From NCBI RefSeq assembly GCF_009914755.1, contig NC_060931.1: a stretch of 64,000 bases of DNA, one strand, 5' to 3'. Positions 1 to 14,299 of this stretch are shown here, one piece after another. Both the position numbers and the translations under genes were made by a program. Every line of letters starts with the position of its first letter. The stretch's first letter is position 1. The notes below the pieces were generated by a model, which was not told where the DNA came from, did no database searches, and saw nothing but the letters and a program-made list of their open reading frames with translations. Source of the DNA: the human T2T-CHM13v2.0 reference genome, Homo sapiens.

Positions 1-828
1 CAATCTTTACAAATATACTGATTATAAAAATCACTAAGATTTCTCTATAATCTGTGGTATGAAATAAACAGTTTGGTTTCCAAAAGTACTCAGCACTTTT
101 GATTGTTCTTATCAATAAATAAGAAATGATATCAAAATGAGAATGAAGCAAATGTCCGAGAGCTGAACTGTTTTGCATAACTTGATCTCTCCATTGCAAG
201 GCTACTTTGAGGCTGGAGGGAGAAAGCTGAAATAGTCTAGCACTGTTGGTGCTATCAAATGCAGGTGAAAGTCATATCCTCATGGGCAACTGCTCAGTGA
301 AAACCTGAGAGGTGTTTTGTCTTCATTTGAACAAGACGAAACCAAACCCTCTTCTTTTACTGACTCTGAGAGAATTTTGATTCAGAAAAAAAATTCCTCA
401 CTGAGGACTAGCTAAATGTAAAATTAGAACAAAAGCCAGTCTCACAGAAACAAAACACTGGGAACTGTATGTTTCTTTTTAAGACCATGAAATGAGGGAG
501 AAACATCTTCAGTTTTTTGTAAGCCTGAGCACTTTCCCAAGTAAAATTTTTAGATAAGTTAAATGTCAATAAGCCAGAATTACCCAATTGCATTTAAAAA
601 AAATGTTCATGAACATTTTTTTTAATGGGGAAAAAAGTTGCCATATGTTCACATTGGGAAACATTAACAAGAATAACCACTTTTAAGTGGGTGATTGATT
701 TTTGCATATATAATCGAGGCCCAAGAGTGGACTGAGGAGTGAAGAAATATATGGTGGTGGCATAGAATGTGCCACCCAGAAATATAAGCTGGGAGTGTAT
801 TCGTGAATTCATTGGGGCTCAAAATACC

Positions 829-1286
829 TGTGGTAGGCTGAATAATGGTCCCCAAATATGCCCATATCCTAATCTCTGAAACCTATAAATATCTTATTTT
901 GTAAGTGGAAATTTGCTGATGTAAGTAAGGATCATCAGACTATCCAGAGTGAAGCATATATCATAAAAAGAAGGGTGAAAGATGAATCAGAGTCAGAGAG
1001 AAGGTAGTGGGACATTGGAAGTAGAGGTTGGAGTGATGAACTTTGACCATAGAGGAAGAGACCATAAGCAAGGATCGAGATGGCATCTAGCAGCTGTGAA
1101 AGACAAGGAAAGAAATTCTCCCCTAGAGTCTACAGAGGAGCACCGCCCTATTGACACCTTTACTTTAACCCAGTGAATCTGATTTTAGATTTCTAGGCTT
1201 CAGAACTGTAGAGAATACATATCTGTGTTGTTTTAAGCCATCAAATTTGTGCTAATTTGTTATAGTAGCCTTAGTAAACTAATACA
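829..1286 (+). mobile_element. MLT1D (ERVL-MaLR) solo LTR
   Basis: Starts TGTGGTAGGCTGAATAATGGTCCCC and ends TTGTTATAGTAGCC..AAACTAATACA; internal TTCTCCCCTAGAG and TTTTAAGCCA motifs; imperfect 5 bp TSD ATACC/ATATC. Confidence 0.85.
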
Positions 1287-1398
1287 ATATCCTGTATCTG
1301 CATTTTGAAAGTTTATTTTTTTCTGTTTAATTTTAAAAGTGAATGTTTTGTCTCTTTGGAGGAAAATCTGGGAGAAATACAAGAAAATAATGTTGGAG

Positions 1399-2559
<1,161 letters not shown>

Positions 2560-3789
2560 GAAATAATCTGAATGTATCTGGTGTTAACCATAAGCTGTCA
2601 CCATCTTAATACTTTTCTATTGTAGGGAATATATGAGATATTTTTCTAATTATATCAATCATAGTGTTTATCTCCAATGTGAGGGTTGTTTCTTACCATC
2701 TCTTCCTTCAGATTGTATGAACCCTCTTAGAACAGATGCTGTCTTCCATCTTTGCCTATTAGAATCTGGTACTTGTCATTTGGTAAATATGTTTTGAGTG
2801 AACAAATTAAAATCCACAAATACAATAGATGCTTCTCTCTTACCAATTCTACCCCCACTTCCACTCTCAGATGCTAGATCAGTGAGAGGAGATTGCAGTT
2901 CTAATGATGGTCTGAATGCAGATATGCTACCTGAACAACCTAATGTAGCCATTGTAAAGAAAGTAAATACAAAGTTCCTGAGGAGCCTTAAGGGAGAAAG
3001 ATCCCTTCCTGGTAGTCAGCCCCTAATCTGAGGTCTCAACAGTGATGTGGTTCCAAGTTCTCTGAGGAAAGCAGTTTTGTTGTCTGCGATAAATGAAATG
3101 AATTGGATAAGAGTTGGTATAAAATGCCTAAGTCTTCCCGGAATGAGGGTTGGCAGTTATCAGATTCCTCGTGGAAGTTGGTGCTTTATGAAACTAGCAG
3201 CAGTAGTTTGGGACTTATTTTATTATACATATCAAAGACTGCAGAAAAGAGAGCTATCATGGGCCCAGATTTATTTTCTTGACCAGATCTGAGCTCACCT
3301 GGAAATGATTCATTTCAGACTGGAATTTAAGTGAAGGTAAAAAAAAAAAAAAAAAAACTATCCTCACCTAACATCAGCTTTTACTTGGCCACACTAGTGA
3401 GAAAGAGTTCTCAATAAAATCCATAGGAAAGGAAAATGCATGGAACGGCCTTCTGCCTTCATGTTACACAAAGAGTAGGAACTAAGAACAATTGATCTTT
3501 CATGATGCTTTTATGAATTATATAATCTCTTCAGCCACTTACTCTGTTCTTCTTTATCTATTGTGTCTTACACTAATTCAGGAGCACTTGCTCTTTGGAA
3601 AACAAAACAGCCTTTTTCAGTTGAAGGTAATCAGGACCTAGGAAGCATGAGAGATTGATCATATTCTATGCATTTTGTGAGTTCAGATTTTGTATTCAGT
3701 TTTTGTGGCAGGAATAAATTACCCAGTAATGGTCAGGTAGGCAACTTTTCATTCACCATATTAAGTCTTATATAATGATTCAAGTGTTC

Positions 3790-3925
3790 TAATTTAGCCC
3801 CCCATGAGTTATTTTTTAGTGAAGAACTATAATTAAGCTAAGTTTGATGGACTTGCCCAAGGTCACTTATTAATGTGCTCTAGAGTAGGGATTAGAATAT
3901 ACTGTTTTCAGTCTTTGCTTATACA
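3790..3925 (-). mobile_element. MIR fragment
   Basis: MIR core GACTTGCCCAAGGTCAC. Confidence 0.55.
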
Positions 3926-4065
3926 TTAGACTCTTGCTACCTTTCTATGCAACCATTAATAAGACCAATTGTTCTGCCACTGAAGATATCCAGAAATTTA
4001 GTCCATGGGACGATTAACTAAGGGTCCTATGTGGGTCAACTTCAAAGCCAGAAATCAATAATGGA

Positions 4066-4308
4066 TGAGGCAGAATCAATTTTTTAGTAGGCACAGTGCC
4101 CAGGGCCCAAGAGAATATTTTATTATTAATCTTTTAAATGAGAAAACTCATATAATAATAATATGTGATCATGAATCTAGCTTTGGACTCTATTCATCTT
4201 TATGGCAACAGAGCCATAAAATATAAATTTTATTTGTTTTTTAAAGGAAGGAAAGGGCCCATGAAGGCAAAACTGTTCAGGGTTCATAGAAGTCATTATG
4301 GGGCCCTG
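4066..4308 (-). mobile_element. ORSL-like hAT-Tip100 non-autonomous DNA transposon
   Basis: GTAGGCACAGTGCCCAGGGCCC at the left end and GAAGGCAAAA..AAGTCATTATGGGGCCCTG at the right end match the recalled ORSL termini in reverse. Confidence 0.7.
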
Positions 4309-4924
4309 GAAACTAGGATAATTAGAACTGTTGCATCTGGGAATGCAGAAAACAAAACCAATATTCATTCAAAATATCCCACTTGCATGTGAGAGCATAA
4401 ATAATGCTCTTAAGATAATTTTGCTTATAGACTTTTGTATAAAAATAAGCCAGGAGGAGTTGGCTACCATCTGTGGAACTGAAGGACAGAGTGTTTTATC
4501 AGTAATAAGTTTTTTTTGCCATATAAATTTAATCACAATTGTACATGGAAAGTATTTGGAGCCAGAAAGCTGGATGACCCTGAGACACATACACTGCCAG
4601 AACTTTCATCTCTCATGGTATGCTTTTATGTCAAGGTATACCTGTCTCTCATGGAATGCCTGTTGATAGCTAGGTTGGGATAATGATCCACTTAGCCTTT
4701 GAGTTGGTCAGGGAAGGACTGGGAGAGGACATTCTTTGGTCGCTGGAGCTTTCAGGGAAGTAGCATGTCCCTCGGAACAGTCTCACTCAATTGCTTTAGT
4801 GTACTCTACAAATGTTAATATTTTCTATGTGTTCCATGAAGTTAAAAGGATGAGCAGACATTGATCAATCTAGGCTTGAGTTTCTTTACCTATAAAATGT
4901 AGACATAGGACAAGACAACCTCTA

Positions 4925-5210
4925 ATTCAATTCAAATCAACAAACATGTTGAGGGAGAACTGCACTAGCCTCTGGGATACAAAGATTAATTGAATATAGT
5001 TTGTCCAAAGTCACATATTTCAAAGAGTTCACACCCTTTGTGGAGAGACAGGCATGAAATCATCTTCCAGTAATACAAGTTACACTGTGATAAATGTTGA
5101 GGGTGCATAATAATCAAAGTAAGATTAAAACTCAGAAAAAAATGAATACCAATAGCAGGGGAAGAAACAGGGCTTCAAAAGGGAGGTGACAATTAGCCTG
5201 AATATGCATG
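4925..5210 (-). mobile_element. L2 3' fragment
   Basis: ATTCAATTCAAATCAACAAACAT..CTGGGATACAAAGA..GGAGAGACAGGCA pattern. Confidence 0.55.
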
Positions 5211-5889
5211 TCAGATCTCCAGAAAAATTGATTGGGATTCCATCCCTAAGGCAAGGAAAGTAAAGTGGAAGAACTGTGGTCCTAATATTAGAGATAACTC
5301 AGATAAAGAGAAGTTAAATTGTTGCTTGTCCAAGATGCTCATGGTGTTGGCAGAACTGAGAAAGAAACAAACCACTTTTTCACAGAAACTCCCAATGTAG
5401 CAGCTGGGAAAATGGCATTAACTTCAAGTGTTCAAACTTTCCTTCTGGGAAAACTTATAAAATAATTTAAGGCATATGACTATTTCATAGGGAGCTATTA
5501 ATCAATGGCTAAAATAAGAGTAAGAGAACACCAAGGCATTATTAGAAGCAGTTTCCTGCCTTCCAGTCCCTCACTGGCACAGAGCACTCTCAGTAATCTC
5601 ATAGTGTATTGAATGAGATTGCTGAAATGTGGAGATACATGAAAATCAGGCATTTGGTTCATTCATAATTGAAGAGAGAATTTGAATTGAAAGTGGTTCT
5701 CTAGACTTATTAAGAATGATAAATGACTGAGATAAAAAATATTAGGAAGTTTAAATCAACATAGTTATTGGTTAGAAATGAATGTAGGTGCTTGGGGGAA
5801 TGAATAGCATTTGCTAATAGTGCACCAGGCAGCCTGTGTGAAATAAGTTACACATTAGATCAAAATATGGATCTTTTATTGTCTTTTTG

Positions 5890-6107
5890 TTTTTACTTTT
5901 TATTCTGAGAACTTTAAAACACACAGAAAAGTAAAAGGAGTAGTACAATAGACACATGTTACCAATCACTCACCACCAACAATTATAAATACAGTACCAA
6001 GTTTGTTTCACCCAAATTCTCAGTCCTGACCACTTGTTGCTTTCTTTTAAAAAAAGAACAATTTTGATGAGATATAATTTACATACCACAAAATATACCC
6101 AATGCAA
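5890..6107 (-). mobile_element. Old L1M 3'-end fragments
   Basis: CACAGAAAAGTAAAAGGAGTAGTACAA and GAGATATAATTTACATACCACAAAAT are typical L1MC/ME 3' termini. Confidence 0.55.
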
Positions 6108-6292
6108 CTATAAAATACAAAAAATTAGCAGGGCGTGGTGGCATACTCCTGTAGTCTCAGCTACTCGAGAGGCTAAGGAGAAAGGATTCTTTGAGCCTGG
6201 AAGGCAGAGGTTGCAGTGAGCCAAGATCGCGCTACTTCACTCCAGCCTGGGCGACAGAGTGAGACTCCATCTAAATAAATAAATAAATAAAA
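6108..6292 (+). mobile_element. Alu right monomer only (AluS/J)
   Basis: Begins at the middle A-rich linker TAAAATACAAAAAATTAGC; ends in a (TAAA)n tail. Confidence 0.9.
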
Positions 6293-6329
6293 ATTAGAAA
6301 TAACATTATATATTTACTTATGAATATGA

Positions 6330-7050
6330 CATCTCTGGTGCGGTGCTCTTTTTCCCTTTTTCTCATCTGGTATCTTTTATTTTCTCCCTAAAGGATTACC
6401 TTTAATATTTCTTGCAGTGTAGTTCTACTAAGAGTACATTCTTTTAAACTTCATTGTCGAAAAGGTATTTAATTTTGCCTTTTATATCTGAAAAATGTGC
6501 TAAGCAGGTATAAAATTCTAGATTGGCAGTGTTTTATTTTCCTTTCAATTGTTACGGACATTCTTCCACTGACTTCTTGTTTGCATTTCTACCATTGAGA
6601 AATCTACTACTCTCCCTACCTTTACTCCTCCCTACTAACATGTCTTTTTTTCCATTTACAAATTTTATTTTTAATTTCTATGGGTACATAGTAGGTATAT
6701 CTATTTATGGGGCACATGTGATATTTTGATATAGGCATACGGTGTGTAATAATCACATCAGGGTAAATGTGGTATCCATTTATCCTCATTGTTATAGCTT
6801 TTTTTCTTTACCACCAGTTTTGAGAAATTTGTTTATGATATATTGGGGTTAATTTTCTCTATGTTTCTTGGGCTTTGGGTTTGTTGAACTACTTGAATCT
6901 ATGGGTTTATTATTTTCATTTGGTTGAATGCAGATAATTTGAACTACGATCATGAATGCTAGATAATTTTTGTTTCCTATAAATATTCTTAAAATTGTTT
7001 TCTGGAGTGAAGTTAACTGATCATTTGGGTCTTGCTTTTAAAGATCATGT
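6330..7050 (-). mobile_element. L1MC/MD fragment with nested L1MA 3' end (~6660-6785)
   Basis: TTACCTTTAATATTTCTTGCAGTG..TATAAAATTCTAGATTGGCAG; nested GGGTACATAGTAGGTATAT..AATAATCACATCAGGGTAAATG. Confidence 0.65.
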
Positions 7051-8208
7051 AGAAAAGTAGATCTTAATATATCAGTTTACTTTCATTTTTTTTTCTATCC
7101 TAGATCTATATTCCTTCAGTTCTAGCAGGTTACTCATAGCTTCACATGGATAGTTTTTGTATTTTGTCTTTCCCTTCTAGCTGTTTCTGATAATTACTGC
7201 TCTGCCAACCACAAGCTACTTCATTTAAGTAGCTTAAATGGTGCCAAAAATCAAATAAATAAAATAAAATTTATAATTTCTTAATTTAATGATGCTATCA
7301 ATAAAATATTTTAAAATGAAAAATATGCTTCCTCTACCTTGTCCTCTAAAACCTCCTGAAGAAAAAATTGTGACATAGCAGGTCTCTGGGCCAACCTATA
7401 ACTCCTGTATCTTTAATGTGTTTCTAAATTCCAGGAGAAGCCATGGTTTAATCAGAAGAGGCTTGAGATAGGAGAGGATTACAGTTTACAACATGAGATA
7501 ATCAGGGACATGGAAAGTCAGTCACTTCATAGGTGATGATAATGGTTGACAAATATACTCCATAAGGTACTATGCTACCTGCTGGACATAAAGAGTTGTG
7601 AGTTATAAGATTTCTTTAGGTACCTTATAGTAAAACAATTTTTAGACAAAAATTAGTGACCCATCAAGTTGAATTACAATAACACTTTTAGCCTGAAGGA
7701 AATGGTGTCCTTCAGTATCAGACATATTGGGATGATAGAAGCGAATCTTTTTCCTGCCCTTATCCTTCCCAATACTTTTATTTCAGATGAATTATTTTCC
7801 TTATGATACTATTTTCAGCAACATGGATTATCTTTCTGTTTTATACTTTGCCACATACATGATATTCTCATGGCAGATAATGTATCCTTTACATGTGGGA
7901 GGCAGGTGGGTTTCATCTCACACTAGCTCTGATCAGTTGACATTTGAGTCCAACAGAAAAAATGCTGTGGTCAATTGGAAATGTGTGCCTTGGATACAGA
8001 AGAGAAAATACAGTTATTTCACGTATTTTTAAAATTTCACTTATTTAATATTAGATGTATAAATTTTAAACTCTAACACCTCTCAGAAACACTATAGCAA
8101 GAGTTTGTGTGTCAAGTGCTGGACATATCCACAATTCTGACCAATTACACAAGGATAAAGGTGAGGTGAAGATCTATTTTTAATTAGATACTTCAACAGA
8201 ATATTTGA

Positions 8209-8516
<308 letters not shown>

Positions 8517-10614
8517 ATATTTGAAAATTCAAATAGATTAGGATGCAAATTGTTCAAAGGGAAAAAGAGAAAGACAGCACTAGTGTGTCACAAAGGCACT
8601 AGTCATTCCCAGGGTAACAGGTGATAAGAAGCATAAGTTTTGAATGCAATGGAAGAAAGTAATACCTCCTTAATAGTTAAGTTGTGAAGTTTCTGTACTG
8701 AAAGAGGGCTTTGGGGAAGTACCTAAGCAATGATTAAAAACTTAATTCAGATGGTATTGGTATCAGATATAAAAAGACAATATTCTAAGATAAACTCAGC
8801 AGAGAAAATGGGGGGGTATCAGTAGTGTCTACATGAACAAGAATTCTTAATTTTTCAGAAAAGTTACTATACTTTTAAAATACAGGGGTTTTACCATTCC
8901 CTGGTAAGAAAGAATAGAAAGTTTATATCAAGACATCATTTTAAATACAAAACATAGTTGTGCAAAATGTAGAGAAAAGTAATTATAATTCTTTTTTCAG
9001 AGTGTGGGTTCAGTGATGCAGACTGTAAGAATTCCAGGGAAAGAGCCTCTCCATATATTATTATATACGGAGATTTCCGAATTTGGCAGATAAATTCTGC
9101 CTCTGTAGGTCAAAATTAGGCATAGGTGCTCATATTAGGCATAAAGTGTAAGTGTCATCCCTTAATAAATGTTAATTTGTCTGGGTGAATGACATGACAA
9201 TAGTATAGTTAACAATTCCATTAATGTGAACTCAGTGTATATTATCCCCTTCTATTACTACACAGATAACACACGCAGTGAAATGATATATTTAAAAGCT
9301 ACTTATATTTTTAGATGGGATTGTAGATAATTAATTTTCAAATTCTCTAAAATAGCTATACTTTTTATAGTAGGGAGGAAAAGCAACACTTAGAAAAACA
9401 CTCTTAGACTCTTCATGAATAACATTAGTGAAATAATGCAAGGAAAGCACTACTTTCCTAAGGAGAACTTACTACCAAGCTACATTTTTTTTTTCTTAAA
9501 GGTGGCATTGGCCATATTTCTCAACACAGTTTCTAGGTGTGAATTCATTGGCTTTGTTTCCAATAAATTTCAAGCCTGAACATTCAGAAAGAATAGAAAA
9601 GGCTGCAGATTTTTCTCTGGGAATGTATATATGCATCTATGTCTGTATGTGTGTTAGCACACACTTATGTGTGTGGGTCTTTTATAACAATGAAAATAGA
9701 TAAGATAACACAAGAAATTCTTCACCTACAGATACAAATCAAATAGGAATTAGTCAATTCACTGAAGAAATAGTGAGAAGATACAGACACCTTCAAAAAG
9801 AAGCACAAGGGTAAAACAGAATATTTTTTAAAATGATTCATATGTTATTGTATTCTTTAAGAACTCTGAGAGGTTAGGTAAGAGAGTATTATGAGATGGA
9901 AAAGGAACACTCTCAGAATTTCTAAGGTCAGGCAGCCCTGGCCTGCACTATTTTATCTGAAGAGAGAAATTGAGGGAACTTTTTTGTTGTTGTTGTTTAC
10001 CCCAGATATACAGGAGATAAAGAATAAAGGAAATATAAAATGTTTTGAAAATAACCAGCATCCTCAAAATTAGATAATTATTTATAAAATAATAAAGTTG
10101 TGAAACTTATTAGTAATCATAAGCAATGGAATGATGAGTGAAAGAAACAAGTAAGTTAGAACATATGTGACTACCCATAGTCATGAAGTCACACACTGGC
10201 TGTCAACCTGATTTTTTTCTTTCTTTCTTTCTTTTTTCTGATTATCCATGTGAGGAAAATAAGTATTCCTCTTATTGTCAAGTACCATAGCTTCCTTTGA
10301 GTATTCCTCTTATTGCCAAGTACCATCCAACATGTCACCATTGTGTGCTGATTAATGAGGCTCAGATAATATCAGTATCCAATATCAATTAAAAGAGTCA
10401 TTTGGCAAAAGCAAAAGGAAAACCTCAGTTTTCGGGAGGCTTTTCTACGGAGAAAGCACAAGCAGATCACATGTGGTTTCATCTTGCTTGACAGTTTTGA
10501 TTTGACTGTCAATGCTCTGAGGCACTTCAAGCATTATAATTTTGGTCTTGCTTTCTTGCTTTTCTCTGACCCTCAGGAGTAAGGTGCCTTCCATCCCTTC
10601 CTCTTAGTAAGTGA

Positions 10615-11070
10615 GTGTGCTGAATATCTTTTCTTGCCTCTCCAATATGCCATTGTCTTCTAGACTCAGATTAAGCATTGGATTGGGCCATTCAGAAACA
10701 CCAGCAGGAGGTCAGAAGGAGGGAGAGGGCATAAAGGGAGGTCAGGATATTTGTCCCCTTTGCTCTTTCCTGTGAGGTTTGTGAGGGCTGGGTGAGGCCT
10801 TCCATCTAAAGCTTCAGCTTCTGACAGGTGGCTGTCATTTCTTAGCTCCGTCCAAATCTGAGTCATGTTCTCTCTCTATCTCTTTTCAGATTTAGGGTGG
10901 TAAATCTTCCTCCCCCTTTCTAGCCCCAAGGTCTTGGACTATACCGTCTCATTTCTCTATATACTGGCTATATTTATGAAAAAGTCCTTTTATTAAACTC
11001 ATCAAGTGATCCTAAATTAGTATAATTCCACTATGCCATTTGTTTTCTCCTGCATCCCTGACTGGTAACA
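10615..11070 (+). mobile_element. LTR33-family ERVL solo LTR
   Basis: TGTGCTGAATATC start, CACCAGCAGGAGGTCAGAAGG, TTCAGATTTAGGGTGGTAA, TTTATTAAACTC, CCCTGACTGGTAACA end. Confidence 0.75.
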
Positions 11071-13337
11071 TGAGTCTAAGAAAAATCAGCCAGCATAGAA
11101 TTCTGCACATTTACTTAGCTTATCACCGCCATTATGATGCATTAGAATATAAAGAGAATCAACATTGGGTTCTTCCAATTTTATGTGAAAAGTTATTGGT
11201 CCTGGCAGATGGCTAAAGGAATATCACACCCTCTTGAGGTCTCAAGGCTGGGGCAGGAAGCTGCAGAGAGACAGATGCTTGTGGGGCTGAAGAATACACC
11301 TTCTGATGAATTGGTCCAGAGCTCAATAGTTCCACAAAGCAGGCTCAGGACAGTAGCGTGTTTAAGTCACATAAGAACCTCTTATAGAGCCTACTCCAGT
11401 ATCATCACAGGACAGAGACATCAATTCAGAAATCATCTTTGGATTTTCTAAGTTTAACCCATGATAGTTTCTATGTTAACAAAAAGAAAGCTAGTTCCAT
11501 ACACTTTTGCCAAAGGAATATCCCCAATTCTCTTTTAAGGTCTTGAGTGTTTTCTTGGAGAGGCATGCTGGGTGCTCCCTCCGCATGGTAAGTCCACTAG
11601 TTACCCAGGCACTATCCAGGATCTCTCTGCACTTGAACTATCCCATGACACATTTCCACTTCCAAGGCAGACTCATGGAGGTAAAATACCTAAAACTTAG
11701 ATCAAACAAATGAACTATACATCTTTTAGCAGGTGTAGTAAAAAAAACATTTGTAAATCATAAGTGGAGTTTTGAGATTGCATGTGTGTTTTAATTACCT
11801 TGGCACTTCTCATCTCTTGTTATGAAATTTGGATGCATACAGTGCCCAATGTCTGCATACTTCTATAAGATATATGTATTTGCTTTTCAGAGGGCCGATT
11901 ATAGTGAAGGAAGGTGACACTTCTCTGGTGTGATGCAAGGAGCATTACGTCCAAAAATGACCTCAGGCTCTCAGTCTGAGTTTCCTGAAAATGAGCTAGC
12001 TGGGACATTGGATTTCTTTGCCCTGCAGTGGAGATTTGTGCAGTCCTATAAAAATGCTGGGCAGATACTATTCCCAGATGGCTGCTGTAAATACTTGGCA
12101 CTCTAGTCTCGACTGGCTGGGAAGGTTGTTCTCATGCTTGCCCTACAAGAAATGAGAGAGATGGCCAGGAGACATTTCTTCTCTGCTCTAACTTGGATTC
12201 ATCTGGAGTTCCAGCAGATTGCTCAGGCTCCCATTTGCCCCTCTGTAAGATGGCGATGGGTCATTGAAGTATGTATGTGACCTTAGTTTTGTAAATTCTC
12301 CTTTACTTATTAAAGTCTGTCTCTTACCTGAGTTGCAAAATATTAAGGAATTCATTCTAAACATTAACACATGATAAAAGTGGAGCTTCACGTGGGTTCT
12401 AACATCATAGTGGTGTTCTGAAAGGTCCTGACTTGCACAACATATGGCTAACAAAAGACCCTGAATTTATGAGTTTGACAGTAATCTGGTGACAGTAATT
12501 TGGTTTTTACTATTGATTTATTTTCACTAATTTGGGTACAAATACAGTCAAACTTAGTTTCTAAAAAAAATTTAAAAATCCCATCTTAGAGTAGTAGCCT
12601 AGTATTACTCTCTTGAAGATAACAACCTTCCTCAATTTCCCAGACACATGATGGGATAATTCAGGGCACCAAAAGCAGGAAGTGAAGGAGTAATCAGACC
12701 TCTTTCCCAGGACCAGGTAAATCAAAGACAGAAAGACTGACCAATTTACTCTCATGCTTCATATTGTAACCATGCAGAGCTCCTGTTGAAGCTTGAACCT
12801 ATAAAGCCCAATGGACACTTTTCCACGGTGTGGTGAGGCCCTTGCTGGTCCTACCATGTGCAGGATGAATTGCAACCCTTTTGGTTATCTCTGTGCTCAG
12901 TTGCATTTCTCAGAAATATAATTGCGCCAGTATGGCTTTGTCCTAAATGCCTCCAAGCCTCAGCCACCCAGTGTCAGAAATGGCTCTTCTTCAAAAACAC
13001 CGTGACCAGAGGCAACAAAGCAGAAACTTGTGACCCAAATTCATGCATCAATCTGTTTGACCCAGAAAATATATTGAACTATTTGCCCACATTTAGTACC
13101 TATTGTTCTTTTACACAATTTCTGGCTATTTTTATTACAGAAAATGGGTTGTTAGTGAGATCACCGAAGTTAGTTCTAGTTGGAACTCACTGTGGTCGTT
13201 ATTTTGAGATGAGATAGGAAACAGGACATGAAGGAGCTGGTGAAATCCCAGTTGGTGCAGAAGCTTCTCATCAAGGCCAGTACTGCATTGGCACAACAGC
13301 TAAAGAGTGGTGTTATGACTCAGTTTCCCTACATTAC

Positions 13338-13576
13338 TTTTTTTGAGATGGAGTCTCCCTCTGTTGCCTGGGCCAAAGTGCAGTAGCATGATCTGAGCTC
13401 ATTGCAATCGCTGCCAAGTGATTCTCACATCGCAGCCTCCCCAGTAGCTGGGCTTACAGGCGTGCACCAACACTCCTGGCTAAATTTTTGTATTTTTAGC
13501 AGAGACATTTTAGTATTTCTAGCTACATTGGCTAGGTTGATCCCAAACTCCTGACCTCAAGTGATCCACCAGCCTG
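13338..13576 (-). mobile_element. Degraded, 5'-truncated AluS
   Basis: polyT-GAGATGGAGTCTC..CTCCTGACCTCAAGTGATCCACC, then an abrupt stop. Confidence 0.85.
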
Positions 13577-13864
13577 ATTCTGCCCTTTTGTCTCTTAGTA
13601 CACATGCTACTCACCCAACTCCTGAGATCTAATTGGGAAGATGCTGATCACCAGTTTCAGGTGCTTCTATCTGTTGGGGGACCGCCTTCCCCTGAAGCCA
13701 GCTGTGACTAATTATTATTATTTTATTGTGAGCATTATTATTTTAGAGAGATAGTTTAATAACTGCCTGACCATCACCTGATGGTTGCCCGACATTTCTT
13801 GTGGTAGTGAGGTCCAGGGACCTCTCCTGCCCTGCTCATGTCTGACTAGCTACCTACTGTAACA
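13577..13864 (-). mobile_element. MER50/MER83-family ERV1 LTR, 5' portion
   Basis: Reverse complement begins TGTTACAGTAGGTAGCTAGTCAGACATGAGCAGGGCAGGAGAGG and contains CCATCAGGTGATGGTCAGGC. Confidence 0.8.
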
Positions 13865-14299
13865 AGAAAATCTTTGAGGCCAAGCCATATTGCTTGAAGG
13901 AGCAAAACTTTTTATGCCCACTGACAAGGGAAGGCAGAGTTACACCAACGGTTTTCCTGTTTCTGCCAATTTGAAGAGGATTCAGTTTCTTTATGATTTT
14001 AAAAGAGCACCTTGTGGATGTTTTAAAGTGACCAGAACATTTTAGAACCCTCTGACTCCTGCTTTCTTCTAATTTCCTAAGAGCACATTAGAAAGAGTCT
14101 GCTGATTATTTAAAAATATATAGAGGTCAGGGGAGGAGTGTTGGATATTAATCATCTCTAGAGCAGAAATTTAGACTTATTTCGCATAAGCCTCAAGCTG
14201 TTCATGTGAGGACAATCCCACATGTGTACGCTATCTGACTTTTGAGTAACTCTCTCAAAATGTGACTCCCACACGTACCTCCGCCTGCCGTATTCTCTG

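Noticed and set aside
3339-3357. Orphan poly(A) (also the T-rich run near 45619-45650) as a retrocopy tail
   Set aside because: No recognisable body or TSD
10577-10616. Possible 30-34 nt micro-exon before LTR33
   Set aside because: Motifs only; very short, partly overlaps the LTR start, and has no independent support
12858-13217. 119 aa ORF in unique DNA (also 57692-58093)
   Set aside because: No recognisable domain, no clear exon structure or processed-pseudogene hallmarks; length is compatible with chance
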